In this document: positions 10,360 to 18,803 of the stretch, piece by piece
Layout: each line of letters begins with the position of its first letter
Position numbering within the stretch: position 1 is the stretch's first letter
Source of the DNA: Candidatus Kerfeldbacteria bacterium
GTDB lineage: Bacteria > Patescibacteriota > Patescibacteriia > SBBC01 > CAIJZX01
Direction of reading: 5' to 3'
Length of the DNA: 64,000 bases
Assembly: GCA_903825245.1 (NCBI GenBank)
Contig: CAIJZX010000031.1
Span: forward strand, 14,413-78,412
Translations under genes and position numbers: made by a program
Notes under the pieces: model-generated
Database searches by the model: none
What the model was told of the DNA's origin: nothing
The model's input: the letters and a program-made list of their open reading frames with translations, nothing else

Positions 10360-10394
10360 CCCCTCCTTTCGGAAGGAGGGGCGTAGGGGTGGTC
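10360..10394. repeat. REP-like palindrome family A (CCCCTCC..GGAGGGG..GGGGTGGT)
   Basis: CCCCTCCTT-tcgg-AAGGAGGGG then GGGGTGGTC, just downstream of ssb. Confidence 0.7.
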
Positions 10395-10408
10395 AAAAAC
10401 CCCGCCGG

Positions 10409-10816
10409 CTACTCGTCGATATCTTCGACGTCGACGTCTTCCTTGACCAACTTATCGCTTCCGGCCGCGGTTTTTCCTTTCGCCGTGCGATGGCCGAGCA
10501 TAATCATGTTGTCAGCCACAATCTCGGTCGCTGAGCGTTTCGCGCCATCCTTCGCGACGTACGAACGATTGCGTAGTCGGCCTTCAACATAGACCTTGCT
10601 ACCCTTCTTGACGTATTGCTGGACGATGTCGCCGAGCTTGCCCCAGGCGATGATATTGTGGAAGTCGACGGCTTCCTTTTTTGCTTTCGTCTTCGCATCC
10701 TGCCAGGCGTAATTCGTCGCCAGGCTAAAGCGCGTGATGTGCGCGCCGGTGCGTAAACTTCGCGATTCTGGTTCGCGAACCATATTCCCAATAAGGGTGA
10801 CCTTGTTCAAGTCCAT
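10409..10816 (-). CDS. ssb: Single-stranded DNA-binding protein, short paralogue
   Basis: MDLNKVTLIGN, FSLATN, KGSKVYVEGRL, TEIVA; short acidic tail without terminal PF. Confidence 0.92.
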   Translation of the reverse strand: MDLNKVTLIGNMVREPESRSLRTGAHITRFSLATNYAWQDAKTKAKKEAVDFHNIIAWGKLGDIVQQYVKKGSKVYVEGRLRNRSYVAKDGAKRSATEIVADNMIMLGHRTAKGKTAAGSDKLVKEDVDVEDIDE

Positions 10817-10965
10817 ACCTCGGTCCTTTCTGCTCTCGCGTTAAAAAACGCCGAGAGTGCTAGCCGCGTTGTACAACGCGGTACCAAGCCGACATCTGTG
10901 CCCATCTCACGCGACAAGCGATCGCGGGATGAACAAGGGTGTTCGTGAAATCTTGTTCTTATTAT

Positions 10966-11217
10966 TTATCGAAAAGACGTCCAAGGAATAACCTGAATAA
11001 GAATTGACAGTACTACCCATACACTACCAACAACCGCTACTGTGATTTTCTTTTTTAAATAAAATACTATTGTCGCAAGCACCTGCACTACAATCAACGA
11101 CCATCCTAAAATGACTGTTGTACGATCATTTAATCGTACAAAACTCAACACCACGAGTAACACGAGATTGCTTATAAGAAATGCGGTAATGCTTAGAATG
11201 AGTTCTTGTTTTTTCAT
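10966..11217 (-). CDS. Small 3-TM membrane protein
   Basis: 83 aa, strongly hydrophobic, AT-rich. Confidence 0.6.
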   Translation of the reverse strand: MKKQELILSITAFLISNLVLLVVLSFVRLNDRTTVILGWSLIVVQVLATIVFYLKKKITVAVVGSVWVVLSILIQVIPWTSFR

Positions 11218-11289
11218 ATATGATTGCTAATGATGAATAAATAAAGAAAATATGGTGGGAACATGATAGAACATCATGTTCCCACCAGT

Positions 11290-11766
11290 TTAGCACTTAC
11301 AACCCCAGGAGAGATACTGGTACGATCCGCAGAAAACACCATTTCCCCACATGTTCACCCAATACAGATTGCCGATGATATGGCTGCACGAGCACTTGTA
11401 GGAACAATCCGCGGCGACCATGAACTTCGGCGGACCCTGTTCCGTCAACTGCAGCGCAATCGATCCGACGGGCGAATTGACCACCGCACCGTTACGACCA
11501 TCCCAGGCTACCAGCAGGAAGTTCCCGTCGGGGACTTCCATGGCGAACACACCCTGTGCATCGGTCGGCATGATCCTCGCCTGACCTTCGATCGTCACAT
11601 GCGTGACCGGGTTGTAGGGCACAGCGATGACGACCGCACTTGCCAATCGATTGTTCAACGTAACCGTACCCGACAGACGTGCCGCCTGACCAGGCATAGC
11701 ACCAAGGACCATCGCGACCATCGCCATCATGGCCGCCAGCGAAACAACCATCGTGAAACGCCTCAT
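11290..11766 (-). CDS. Secreted protein with beta-sandwich-like domain and Cys-rich C-terminus (cassette gene)
   Basis: Signal peptide MRRFTMVV...GQA; AAGGAG before ATG 11766; hairpin terminator at about 11254-11288. Confidence 0.65.
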   Translation of the reverse strand: MRRFTMVVSLAAMMAMVAMVLGAMPGQAARLSGTVTLNNRLASAVVIAVPYNPVTHVTIEGQARIMPTDAQGVFAMEVPDGNFLLVAWDGRNGAVVNSPVGSIALQLTEQGPPKFMVAADCSYKCSCSHIIGNLYWVNMWGNGVFCGSYQYLSWGCKC

Positions 11767-11969
11767 GTGAAGCTCCTTTTGCGGCTGATAAGCCGCGGGT
11801 TGATGTACTGCGGTGGACAACGTGACAGCCATGAAAATTCCTGATGGCCTCACCTCCTCAAGTTGTAATGAGCAACACCAAACACGCCTACGTCAGAGGG
11901 CATTGTTTATAACAAACGCCAGCGGCGCGAGCAACCGAACTCGTGTTCGATTGACCAAGCCACTGGCAA

Positions 11970-12290
11970 TTACTCCTTCAAGTGTACACCGCTCTTTTTT
12001 TCTGTCAAGAGTTTTTTACGTTTTGGTTCGTAGTAGAAAAAATACCATAGACCAACGACTAGTAATATTACATAAATGACTAGCCCTATTGTTGAATACA
12101 ACAGGGTAAAAACAAAGTATATCGGCCAAACGAGCAGATCCCACCCGAACCACGAAATACATGCGCCGACTGTATGTGGATTTGGTTTCGCGCCGCAACC
12201 AAGTCGAGCAAATACAATTCCACCAATACCATAAGCAAAGAACGTTAATAGAACTATATTCAGCCACGATGATCGTACTAATTTTCTCAT
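11970..12290 (-). CDS. Membrane hypothetical protein
   Basis: 3 hydrophobic segments; ATGA overlap with the NUDIX gene. Confidence 0.65.
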   Translation of the reverse strand: MRKLVRSSWLNIVLLTFFAYGIGGIVFARLGCGAKPNPHTVGACISWFGWDLLVWPIYFVFTLLYSTIGLVIYVILLVVGLWYFFYYEPKRKKLLTEKKSGVHLKE

Positions 12291-12739
12291 AAGGTCCCTG
12301 ATGTGTTATTTTGACGGATCCACCGCCGAATCCCTCGCCATACCCGAATGTTCGTCAATTCACGGCACGGTATACTAAGCAACTCTTGATGAGTAAAAAA
12401 CTTTGCTTCGATAATATCTTCATTCAATACTTGCTGTTTTTTCTTACTGGCTAGTTTCGGTCTACCACTTGTGCTTTCTACACAATAATTGATTTGCATC
12501 ACCGGATTCATCCGCCGCCGACGGTAGGAAATGTTGAGCACGCGAACTATTTTTACTTGTAACCCAACCTCCTCTCGGCATTCGCGCTGTACGGTCTGCA
12601 GTAGTGACGTATCTTTTGCCTCAAAAGCGCCTTTAACGATATTCCAATGATAGTCTCTATTGCCATCGGTTTTTTCGCGAATCAGCAAGAGGTGTCCACG
12701 ATGGGAAATGTAAACGCCGATTTTCTTTTGGTAGTGCAT
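12287..12739 (-). CDS. NUDIX hydrolase
   Basis: Nudix box G..E......VQRECREEVGL. Confidence 0.88.
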   Translation of the reverse strand: MHYQKKIGVYISHRGHLLLIREKTDGNRDYHWNIVKGAFEAKDTSLLQTVQRECREEVGLQVKIVRVLNISYRRRRMNPVMQINYCVESTSGRPKLASKKKQQVLNEDIIEAKFFTHQELLSIPCRELTNIRVWRGIRRWIRQNNTSGTL

Positions 12740-12754
12740 GATATATTTTAATCA

Positions 12755-13037
12755 ATTTCACTTCTCACATCCTCCCGCCAGCGCGACAGAGACAAATGTT
12801 GGTGGCTTGGCGTGTTGGAATGGAAAGGGCAATCGCCCTGGCGAAAAGGTGCGCGGAGTGAAACGAGTTGTTAAGGAATCATAATTTCCCAACGACCGGA
12901 TGCGACGCGACCCCGGAAACGTGTCGCGGGGTCGGTGGAGTTCGAAGACGATAGCGTTGAAAGTGAGAATCGTCGGGTGAGAAAGCTGAATCGCTTACTC
13001 GAGGGAAAGAAGACCGCGCCGCGAAAGCGCTTTTTTT
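12755..13037. ncRNA. Candidate structured non-coding element containing copy 2 of the duplicated motif
   Basis: Nested stems TTTCACTTC/GGAGTGAAA, CGCCAG/CTGGCG, CGACCCCG/CGGGGTCG, GACGAT/ATCGTC; GAAA loops; ends GCGC..GCGC-T7 on + strand. Confidence 0.4.
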
Positions 13038-13099
13038 GCTGATGATGATGTGACCAAGGAAATGTCATACGAAGTTATAATCAAGTTATCCACTTCATG

Positions 13100-13225
13100 T
13101 GCGACGGCGCTGAATTGCGACGGCGCACTTTTTCTCATCTAGTTTCGGTAAAGTTCGCGGTACTGCGAGAGTTCTTCCGGTGAAATTGTCTTCTATTTTG
13201 CGACGGCGCTAGTTTTTGCGACGGC
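13100..13225. repeat. Four direct repeats TGCGACGGC(GC), candidate operator array
   Basis: Copies at 13100, 13116, 13199, 13217; fifth copy at 17360. Confidence 0.75.
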
Positions 13226-13239
13226 TTGTTTATGCAGTA

Positions 13240-13305
13240 AGTTTACGCGTTACCTTCATGTTCGTCAAGAGCGACATTGACATTATCGCTCATCTGCGCT
13301 AGGTT
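13240..13305. promoter_or_regulatory. Divergent sigma70-type promoter pair
   Basis: Minus: TTGACG-17-TAAACT (13268-13240); plus: TTGACA (13277)-17-TAGGTT. Confidence 0.65.
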
Positions 13306-13360
13306 GCTCTCTTGCCCTTTTCACATCCTTCCCACACAAATCCCACTGGAGGACATCTCC

Positions 13361-13870
13361 ATGCAGACGTTACATATGTTGTTCGGCCCTCCGGCGTCAG
13401 GAAAGTCAACGCTGGCGCGGATACTGGTTGAGCGCGATAGTGTCCTCGTCTGCCCTGACGAATTTCGGGTGCAGTACCCCGAGTGGAGTGCGAACGATCA
13501 GTCGCTTTTCTACCACATCCACCGATGCGTTCGAGAAGAACTGTCAGCCGGACACGACGTCGTGTATGACGCGTTGAACACCTACCCGCAGTGGCGTCGC
13601 CCAATCATCGCCGCCGGGTACTACGCCCATAGCATGGTGATTGGCGTCCATCTGGACACACCTTTGGCCATCTGCCTCGAACGCCACCGCAACCGCGAGA
13701 AGAACATTAGTCAGCAGACGCTCACGGACGAAGTGATTACTCGATACTGGGAAGCCTTGCAGCAGTACCCGCCGACGCTGAATGAAGGATTCCACCGGTT
13801 GCTCCGTATTACTCCGGACGACAATCCGTTCGAGGTACTCAACCTCAACCGCCGACCCACGATTTCGTGA
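13361..13870 (+). CDS. P-loop kinase (AAA_33 / polynucleotide-kinase-like), cassette gene
   Basis: GPPASGKST, CPDEFR, VVYDALN, CLERHRNR, PTLNEGF; GGAGG at 13348. Confidence 0.88.
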   Translation: MQTLHMLFGPPASGKSTLARILVERDSVLVCPDEFRVQYPEWSANDQSLFYHIHRCVREELSAGHDVVYDALNTYPQWRRPIIAAGYYAHSMVIGVHLDTPLAICLERHRNREKNISQQTLTDEVITRYWEALQQYPPTLNEGFHRLLRITPDDNPFEVLNLNRRPTIS

Positions 13871-13887
13871 GCCGGTTTTTTAATATA

Positions 13888-14092
13888 CCCTCCCCCTGTA
13901 CCCAGGGGGAGGGAGGAAGTCCCGCCGTATGGCGGGACGACAGCAGGGGGTGAAAAACCACTCACGAGCCAAGACCACCTCCCGTCGTTCACCCTTCGCT
14001 CCGCTCGGCTTCACTTCCTCCCTCCTCCTCTAACGAGGAGGACAGTAGCTTGACCTTCAGTTTTTCTTTCCTTCGCTTTGCTCAGGACAAGC
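13888..14092. repeat. Cluster of REP-like palindromes (family A pair plus one family B half-copy)
   Basis: CCCTCCCCCTG/CAGGGGGAGGG, TCCCGCC/GGCGGGA, TCCTCCTC/GAGGAGGA, and CCTTCGCTTTGCTCAGGACA at about 14070. Confidence 0.7.
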
Positions 14093-14111
14093 TCTGCTTT
14101 TTGCCTTAATG

Positions 14112-14140
14112 TTGACTTCGGTTTTTATTCGGTTTATACT
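14112..14140 (+). promoter_or_regulatory. Promoter with probable LexA (SOS) operator
   Basis: TTGACT-17-TATACT with TTCGG-N6-TTCGG (14117-14132) over the spacer; Patescibacteria LexA is reported to bind a direct repeat (exact consensus from memory). Confidence 0.75.
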
Positions 14141-14151
14141 AAAATTACAAT

Positions 14152-14424
14152 ATGCGCCAAGACCCCCTCCCAACTCCCCCACCGACCAAGGTCCACGAAC
14201 CCATTCGCGTAGCCGTTGATTTTGCCGGACCAAAAATCACTCCACTGGCGTTCGTTTGGTCAGGCAAAAAATATGTGGTCGAGAAAGTGAACATCGTCTA
14301 CAAACGGCGCGATGGGGCGCGGGAGCTGTGGTGCTTTGCTGTTTCGGATAACGCCAATAGCTACGTCCTCCTCTACGATCCAGAGAATTTACGGTGGACG
14401 CTGGAAGAAGTGTACACGTTATGA
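14152..14424 (+). CDS. Small dinB-associated protein (DUF6504-like)
   Basis: P.AF.W.G..Y.V.KV...FAVS...Y.L.YD....W.LE pattern; coupled to dinB. Confidence 0.75.
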   Translation: MRQDPLPTPPPTKVHEPIRVAVDFAGPKITPLAFVWSGKKYVVEKVNIVYKRRDGARELWCFAVSDNANSYVLLYDPENLRWTLEEVYTL

Positions 14425-15773
14425 CTACCACCCCAGGACGCTCCACGTCCTCGCCCCTCCTGAATTCAGGAGGGGCGGCGAGCTCAGCGAGCGGGGTGGT
14501 CAAGATGCCACGAGTAATCTTGCACATCGACATGAATTCGTATTTCGCGACAGTGGAGCAACAAGCCAATCCATTCTTGCGCGGCAAGCCGGTCGGTGTC
14601 GTGGCGACGATGACCCCCAACGGCTGTATTATTGCTTCTTCAATTGAGGCTAAAGCGAAGGGCATTAAAACCGGATTCCGCATTCGTGATGCGCGGGCAA
14701 TCGATCCACGTATCATTCTTATTCCCAACGATGCCGCCAAGTACCGCACGGTCACCGGCGGCATTATGCGCATCCTCAAAACCTATACCGAAGATATCGA
14801 ACTTTACAGTATCGATGAAGCCTTTCTTGATCTCACCGGTTTCGTTCGGTCGTTCGACGACGCGGACGCGATGAGCGAGGAAATTCGCCACCGTATTACC
14901 CGCGAAGTTGGCGAATGGCTGAAGTGTTCGATTGGTGTCGCGCCGACGCGCTGGCTGGCAAAATTCGCCTCTGACACAGCTCCAAAAGGCACTACCCTTG
15001 TTCTCCATACTGGCAATCTTGATCGTCATCTTGACCCATGTCGTTTAACCGATGCTTGGGGCATTGCTCATGCCCTGGAGCGCCGACTCAATCTCCTGAA
15101 CCTGTACTCGCTCGGGGATCTCCGCCGCTATCCAGTGGAAAATTTATTGACGGTCTTCGGCATCCTCGGCTACGAGCTCTGGGCCAACGTCAACGGTATT
15201 GAGTTCACCAGCGTGCAAGGACAACGACTTCCAAAATCCATCGGCCACTCACACGTCTTCGCCAAGAAAGCGACATCACTGGAATACCCCAAAGCCGTCC
15301 TGGCAAAACTGTGCGAAAAAGCCGGACGCCGCCTGCGAGCACTTGATCTTGAGGCGCATGGATTGTGGCTCGGTTATGGCCTGCCCGACCGACTGCGCGG
15401 TTGGCACGAACAACGTGGAGGCGGCGGGGCGATAACACCCCCCTCACCGATTGTCGATACGCGGGACATCTTTACTGCCGCCTGGAACATCCTCACTGGC
15501 GATTTGCCGCGCGGCGCACTGCCAAATTACCTGGCCATGACACTCTTCCGACTCCGACCGCACGTTGATCAACTGGAACTGTGGCCGCGCGGCAAAAAGG
15601 ACGCGCCCGCGCTAGTTGAAGCGCTTGATGCCGTCAACGATAAATACGGCGACTTTACTGTCGCCCGTGGTAGTTTTTGGGGGTTGAATGAGAATGATGT
15701 CCCCGACCGCATCGGCTTCCGAAAAACCGTCGGCGTCGACGCCGATGACATTATCCTCAGCGCTCGTACCTAA
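14421..15773 (+). CDS. dinB: Y-family DNA polymerase IV (start 14421 or 14505)
   Basis: ILHIDMNSYFATVEQ, YSIDEAFLD, CSIGVAP...LAKFAS, KSIGHS. Confidence 0.93.
   Translation: MTTTPGRSTSSPLLNSGGAASSASGVVKMPRVILHIDMNSYFATVEQQANPFLRGKPVGVVATMTPNGCIIASSIEAKAKGIKTGFRIRDARAIDPRIILIPNDAAKYRTVTGGIMRILKTYTEDIELYSIDEAFLDLTGFVRSFDDADAMSEEIRHRITREVGEWLKCSIGVAPTRWLAKFASDTAPKGTTLVLHTGNLDRHLDPCRLTDAWGIAHALERRLNLLNLYSLGDLRRYPVENLLTVFGILGYELWANVNGIEFTSVQGQRLPKSIGHSHVFAKKATSLEYPKAVLAKLCEKAGRRLRALDLEAHGLWLGYGLPDRLRGWHEQRGGGGAITPPSPIVDTRDIFTAAWNILTGDLPRGALPNYLAMTLFRLRPHVDQLELWPRGKKDAPALVEALDAVNDKYGDFTVARGSFWGLNENDVPDRIGFRKTVGVDADDIILSART
14427..14500. repeat. Complete nested family A element inside the possible dinB 5' end
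   Basis: ACCACCCC...GGGGTGGT outer stem enclosing AGGACG/CGTCCT and GCCCCTCCTG/CAGGAGGGGC. Confidence 0.8.
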
Positions 15774-16384
15774 GCCGACGTCGAACGTTGGCGCTTTCGT
15801 TGATACTCCTGCCAATCTTCGTCCTGTTCCATCAGCTTTTCAATGCGCGCCCGCAGGTAATCGGCTTTACTGAACTTCGTATTGTGCGTCTTGAAATGTA
15901 AATACTCTTCAATGGTGTTGGTAATTCGCAGGGTGAATTTTATCCTGGGCACTTCGCGAATAACAACGCCTTCAATTGATTTCAGAAATGCCAACAGCGC
16001 GCTAGCCAGTTTATCGTCATCATAGGCAATGACTTTGACGAATCCTGGTAATTCCCGCTGACTCAGCCGCGAAAATATTTGTGGCACCACGCCACGTCGA
16101 TAGAGATACAACACCGGCTTTTTAAGGGCAATGGCATGTGCGAGAAGAAATCCGACTTCTGGGTCGCTCGTCGAGCCTTCAATAATAAACGCGTCCATCT
16201 GTTCGAGGAGTGGCACATCATTATCGCGGCTTTCGGCCATTACTTCCGCCGACACCTGCACTTCTTCCGACTCTGTATTCGTTGAAACATACAAATCCGT
16301 CTGGGATAACGTATCCTTAATCGACAAGTACGCCTGCTTGGACTCAGGCTGTTTCGTCGGTGGAGCGTAAAAGTAGACGTGCAT
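15770..16384 (-). CDS. Nucleoside 2-deoxyribosyltransferase-like domain fused to a probable C-terminal ribbon-helix-helix domain
   Basis: DAFIIEGS...VGFLLAHAI..KKPVLYL; C-terminal KFTLRI...EEYL....SKADYLRARIE. Confidence 0.65.
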   Translation of the reverse strand: MHVYFYAPPTKQPESKQAYLSIKDTLSQTDLYVSTNTESEEVQVSAEVMAESRDNDVPLLEQMDAFIIEGSTSDPEVGFLLAHAIALKKPVLYLYRRGVVPQIFSRLSQRELPGFVKVIAYDDDKLASALLAFLKSIEGVVIREVPRIKFTLRITNTIEEYLHFKTHNTKFSKADYLRARIEKLMEQDEDWQEYQRKRQRSTSA

Positions 16385-16387
16385 AGC

Positions 16388-17335
16388 TTACGATAAGAGT
16401 TTCCGTAATTTCTTTAGGTCACTCGTCTGACCAAGTGCCCACATCGTTTTCAACAGTGCGGCTGAACGTGATAACGCCCGAACCGGACAAACACCGGACA
16501 TTGTACCCGATGAATCGCTGCCGTAAAGAATAACCGGCATCGTTTCCGGAACAACCGCCCGCACCTGGATTACGGCATTTGACAGCGCTTGTGTTGCTTC
16601 CGGGGCAGTGAGAAATACCGCTACCGTACCACGAGGAATGTGCACTAAATGCCGCACATCAACACCCGGCAAATATTCAACGACGTCGATATTCGTAGCA
16701 AAAGATGAAACGATTTTCAGTGCTCGTCCATGACGAGCATCATGGTGACCGAAGAACCGGATACCAAAATCAATTTTTCCAAGGATATCGCCATGAACTG
16801 CAGTCATTGGCCCAACCACCGTATTGCCGCGATAAATGTGGCTACCATAAACAACCACGACGCCGGATATATCCGATACCGCAACTTGAACCGCATTGAT
16901 GAAGCTAGCCTTAGCGCCAAAATCAGCTACCACATTTTTTATTGAACGGCGGCCTGGCGAACGTTCTTCCAAACTGACTAATGCTGACCCACAAAGAACG
17001 ACTGGCTTCCCCAGTGAGGTGAACATCAGGGACAATGCCGTCGCCGCCGCCGGAATCGTTTCCAGCTGATGAACTATCACAAACCCATCGACCTCATCGT
17101 AGAGCTCGCGAATTGCCTCGGCTACCTGCTGCCACTCGGGCACACCAACCGCAGCTATTCCGGAAGCGATAAAAACGCCTTGCGTCTCGGCGATAATGTC
17201 CATTTCTGACATCGCCTTCAGCCACGGCTTGACGTGAGCGGCCTTGGTGACCGTATCGCCTAGACGATTTCGTTCGTCGATAGTCGCGCCGCCCAGGAAG
17301 AGCATTGCCACCGTTTTTCGTGAAGCTGTAGCCAT
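16388..17335 (-). CDS. Asparaginase-fold protein with degenerate catalytic motifs
   Basis: LGGATI, DGFVIVHQLET, KPVVLCGS, LKTMWALGQ. Confidence 0.75.
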   Translation of the reverse strand: MATASRKTVAMLFLGGATIDERNRLGDTVTKAAHVKPWLKAMSEMDIIAETQGVFIASGIAAVGVPEWQQVAEAIRELYDEVDGFVIVHQLETIPAAATALSLMFTSLGKPVVLCGSALVSLEERSPGRRSIKNVVADFGAKASFINAVQVAVSDISGVVVVYGSHIYRGNTVVGPMTAVHGDILGKIDFGIRFFGHHDARHGRALKIVSSFATNIDVVEYLPGVDVRHLVHIPRGTVAVFLTAPEATQALSNAVIQVRAVVPETMPVILYGSDSSGTMSGVCPVRALSRSAALLKTMWALGQTSDLKKLRKLLS

Positions 17336-17558
17336 AATTATTGAGCCGTCGTCTATTCCTGCGACGGCGCTAATACAATAGCATATCATCGCAAAAAAAT
17401 CAAGTCACCTGCATTGACAACCCTAATCAATCGGTCTATCCTTGACGAGTTCTTGTTGTTCTCTAGCAAACCAATGGAGGGTCATCGCTAGACATAGTTC
17501 AGCACCTTACGCGGATGGATACCGTTACCATACTGCACCATGGATAAAGGATTACTCC

Positions 17559-17750
17559 ATGAAATTTCACACGTTCCCCCCGGTAAACAGCCCAGCATTC
17601 GCCCAGTCGTTTATGAATGCGTCTGGGGACAATCACGAAACGTCGGATCGGTTCAACAGTTGTAGCTGTAACACCAGTACAATCCCGGATCGTGAAACCC
17701 CTTGCCCTACGCATCCGCGAGGACCGCAGTCCGAGCCCCGTCGCTACTAG
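17559..17750 (+). CDS. Possible small or decayed cassette ORF
   Basis: Promoter TTGACA (17414)-17-TATCCT, boxA-like motif and GGAGG upstream; terminator at about 17764-17790; protein not recognisable. Confidence 0.3.
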   Translation: MKFHTFPPVNSPAFAQSFMNASGDNHETSDRFNSCSCNTSTIPDRETPCPTHPRGPQSEPRRY

Positions 17751-17827
17751 CGACAACGACGCACCCACGACTTCGGCCGCGGGTTTTTTCTGATACAAAA
17801 ACTGCTCGGTAGTACTCGATATGCACC

Positions 17828-18379
17828 CTAATGCACTGCCGTTGGAAGCGCCTGCCGCGTCAGCCGGGCAATCCAGATGGCGTAGACAAGGGATAACAGA
17901 ATGAGAAAACCAGCCAGGAAAAATATTAACCATGAGTCCATATGCGCTGCCTCACCCAAACCAACCCGAACAACAGCTAAAGCAACATAGGCCATGATCA
18001 GGTTTACTAACACCCCCGTCATGACCAACAGGTGGGCGAGAATAGCACGAATTTTTGTTTGCATCGGCTCCGCTACTGCCCGGAGCGGCAGGCTTGACGG
18101 CAAATTACTGTACTCCGGATGGTGCGATAACCACCACGTCAGTGCCGTCAGAACTATTTGTAACATCGCCGGCAGAAAAACACTCCACCACGTTTTTACA
18201 CTCCAAGCATCAGCCGCGCCATCAACCCCAAAATGGCTGGGAATATTCGCTGGTAAGAGTGGGTAGGCAACCATGAGTAACACCCACGTTAAAACAATCG
18301 TGACACCAGACAAAGTCAGAAACACCGAATTTGGTATACGCCAGCCCTCGTGTATGCGCATGGTGTGAAAAGATTCCAT
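17828..18379 (-). CDS. DUF1648 / SdpI-like membrane protein
   Basis: YPLLPANIPSHFGVDGAADAWS motif, 4 TM segments. Confidence 0.8.
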   Translation of the reverse strand: MESFHTMRIHEGWRIPNSVFLTLSGVTIVLTWVLLMVAYPLLPANIPSHFGVDGAADAWSVKTWWSVFLPAMLQIVLTALTWWLSHHPEYSNLPSSLPLRAVAEPMQTKIRAILAHLLVMTGVLVNLIMAYVALAVVRVGLGEAAHMDSWLIFFLAGFLILLSLVYAIWIARLTRQALPTAVH

Positions 18380-18430
18380 AGAAATACTAGTGTACCAAAT
18401 CTCCTTACCCCTGACCAGTCTTGAAAAAAT

Positions 18431-18733
18431 TCAACGTGGATTGGCTGCCGCTTCGGCATGCGCTTGCTGTTTTGCCTGATGCTCGAAATTCTGTATACGA
18501 TCAGCTAGTGCATCGAGAGAAAATTCAGGTGGTAACGATTCAGCGAGATTCCGAGCCATAACAATTTCTAACGCAATACGAACTAGGTCTTGCGGAGAAA
18601 TGCTACCATGCGTTATTTTTTTCCAATAGTCTTGAGTCAGTAGGACGTTCGAAATAAGTCCGCCAATGGAAACCTTAAAATTCCAACCGTGGTCGCTAAT
18701 GAGTCCTGGTTTAATAATTATCTCATCGTTCAT
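18431..18733 (-). CDS. Hypothetical protein
   Basis: 100 aa ORF with ATG and promoter-like upstream sequence. Confidence 0.6.
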   Translation of the reverse strand: MNDEIIIKPGLISDHGWNFKVSIGGLISNVLLTQDYWKKITHGSISPQDLVRIALEIVMARNLAESLPPEFSLDALADRIQNFEHQAKQQAHAEAAANPR

Positions 18734-18803
18734 ACAATTGCACCATACTCCGACCGATACGGTATGTCAAAAAGGGAAGATCAGTGCGTCCTCCCGAGAT
18801 GAG

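Noticed and set aside
11263-11844. 193-aa plus-strand ORF (and the similar one at 46002-46580)
   Set aside because: Antisense to GC-rich genes that have their own SD, promoter and terminator.
10261-12806. Duplicated motif as a DGR template/variable repeat pair
   Set aside because: Match too short, neither copy is in a gene 3' end, and there is no reverse transcriptase.
12755-13037. RNase P RNA, tmRNA or SRP RNA
   Set aside because: No GAGGAAAGUCC, tRNA-like ends or SRP helix-8 signature visible.
13100-13225. TGCGACGGCGC repeats as a CRISPR array
   Set aside because: Repeats are 9-11 bp with irregular spacing, and there are no cas genes.
9645-13870. ssb/NUDIX/kinase region as a prophage or integron
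   Set aside because: No integrase, structural genes, att sites or recognisable attC repeats.
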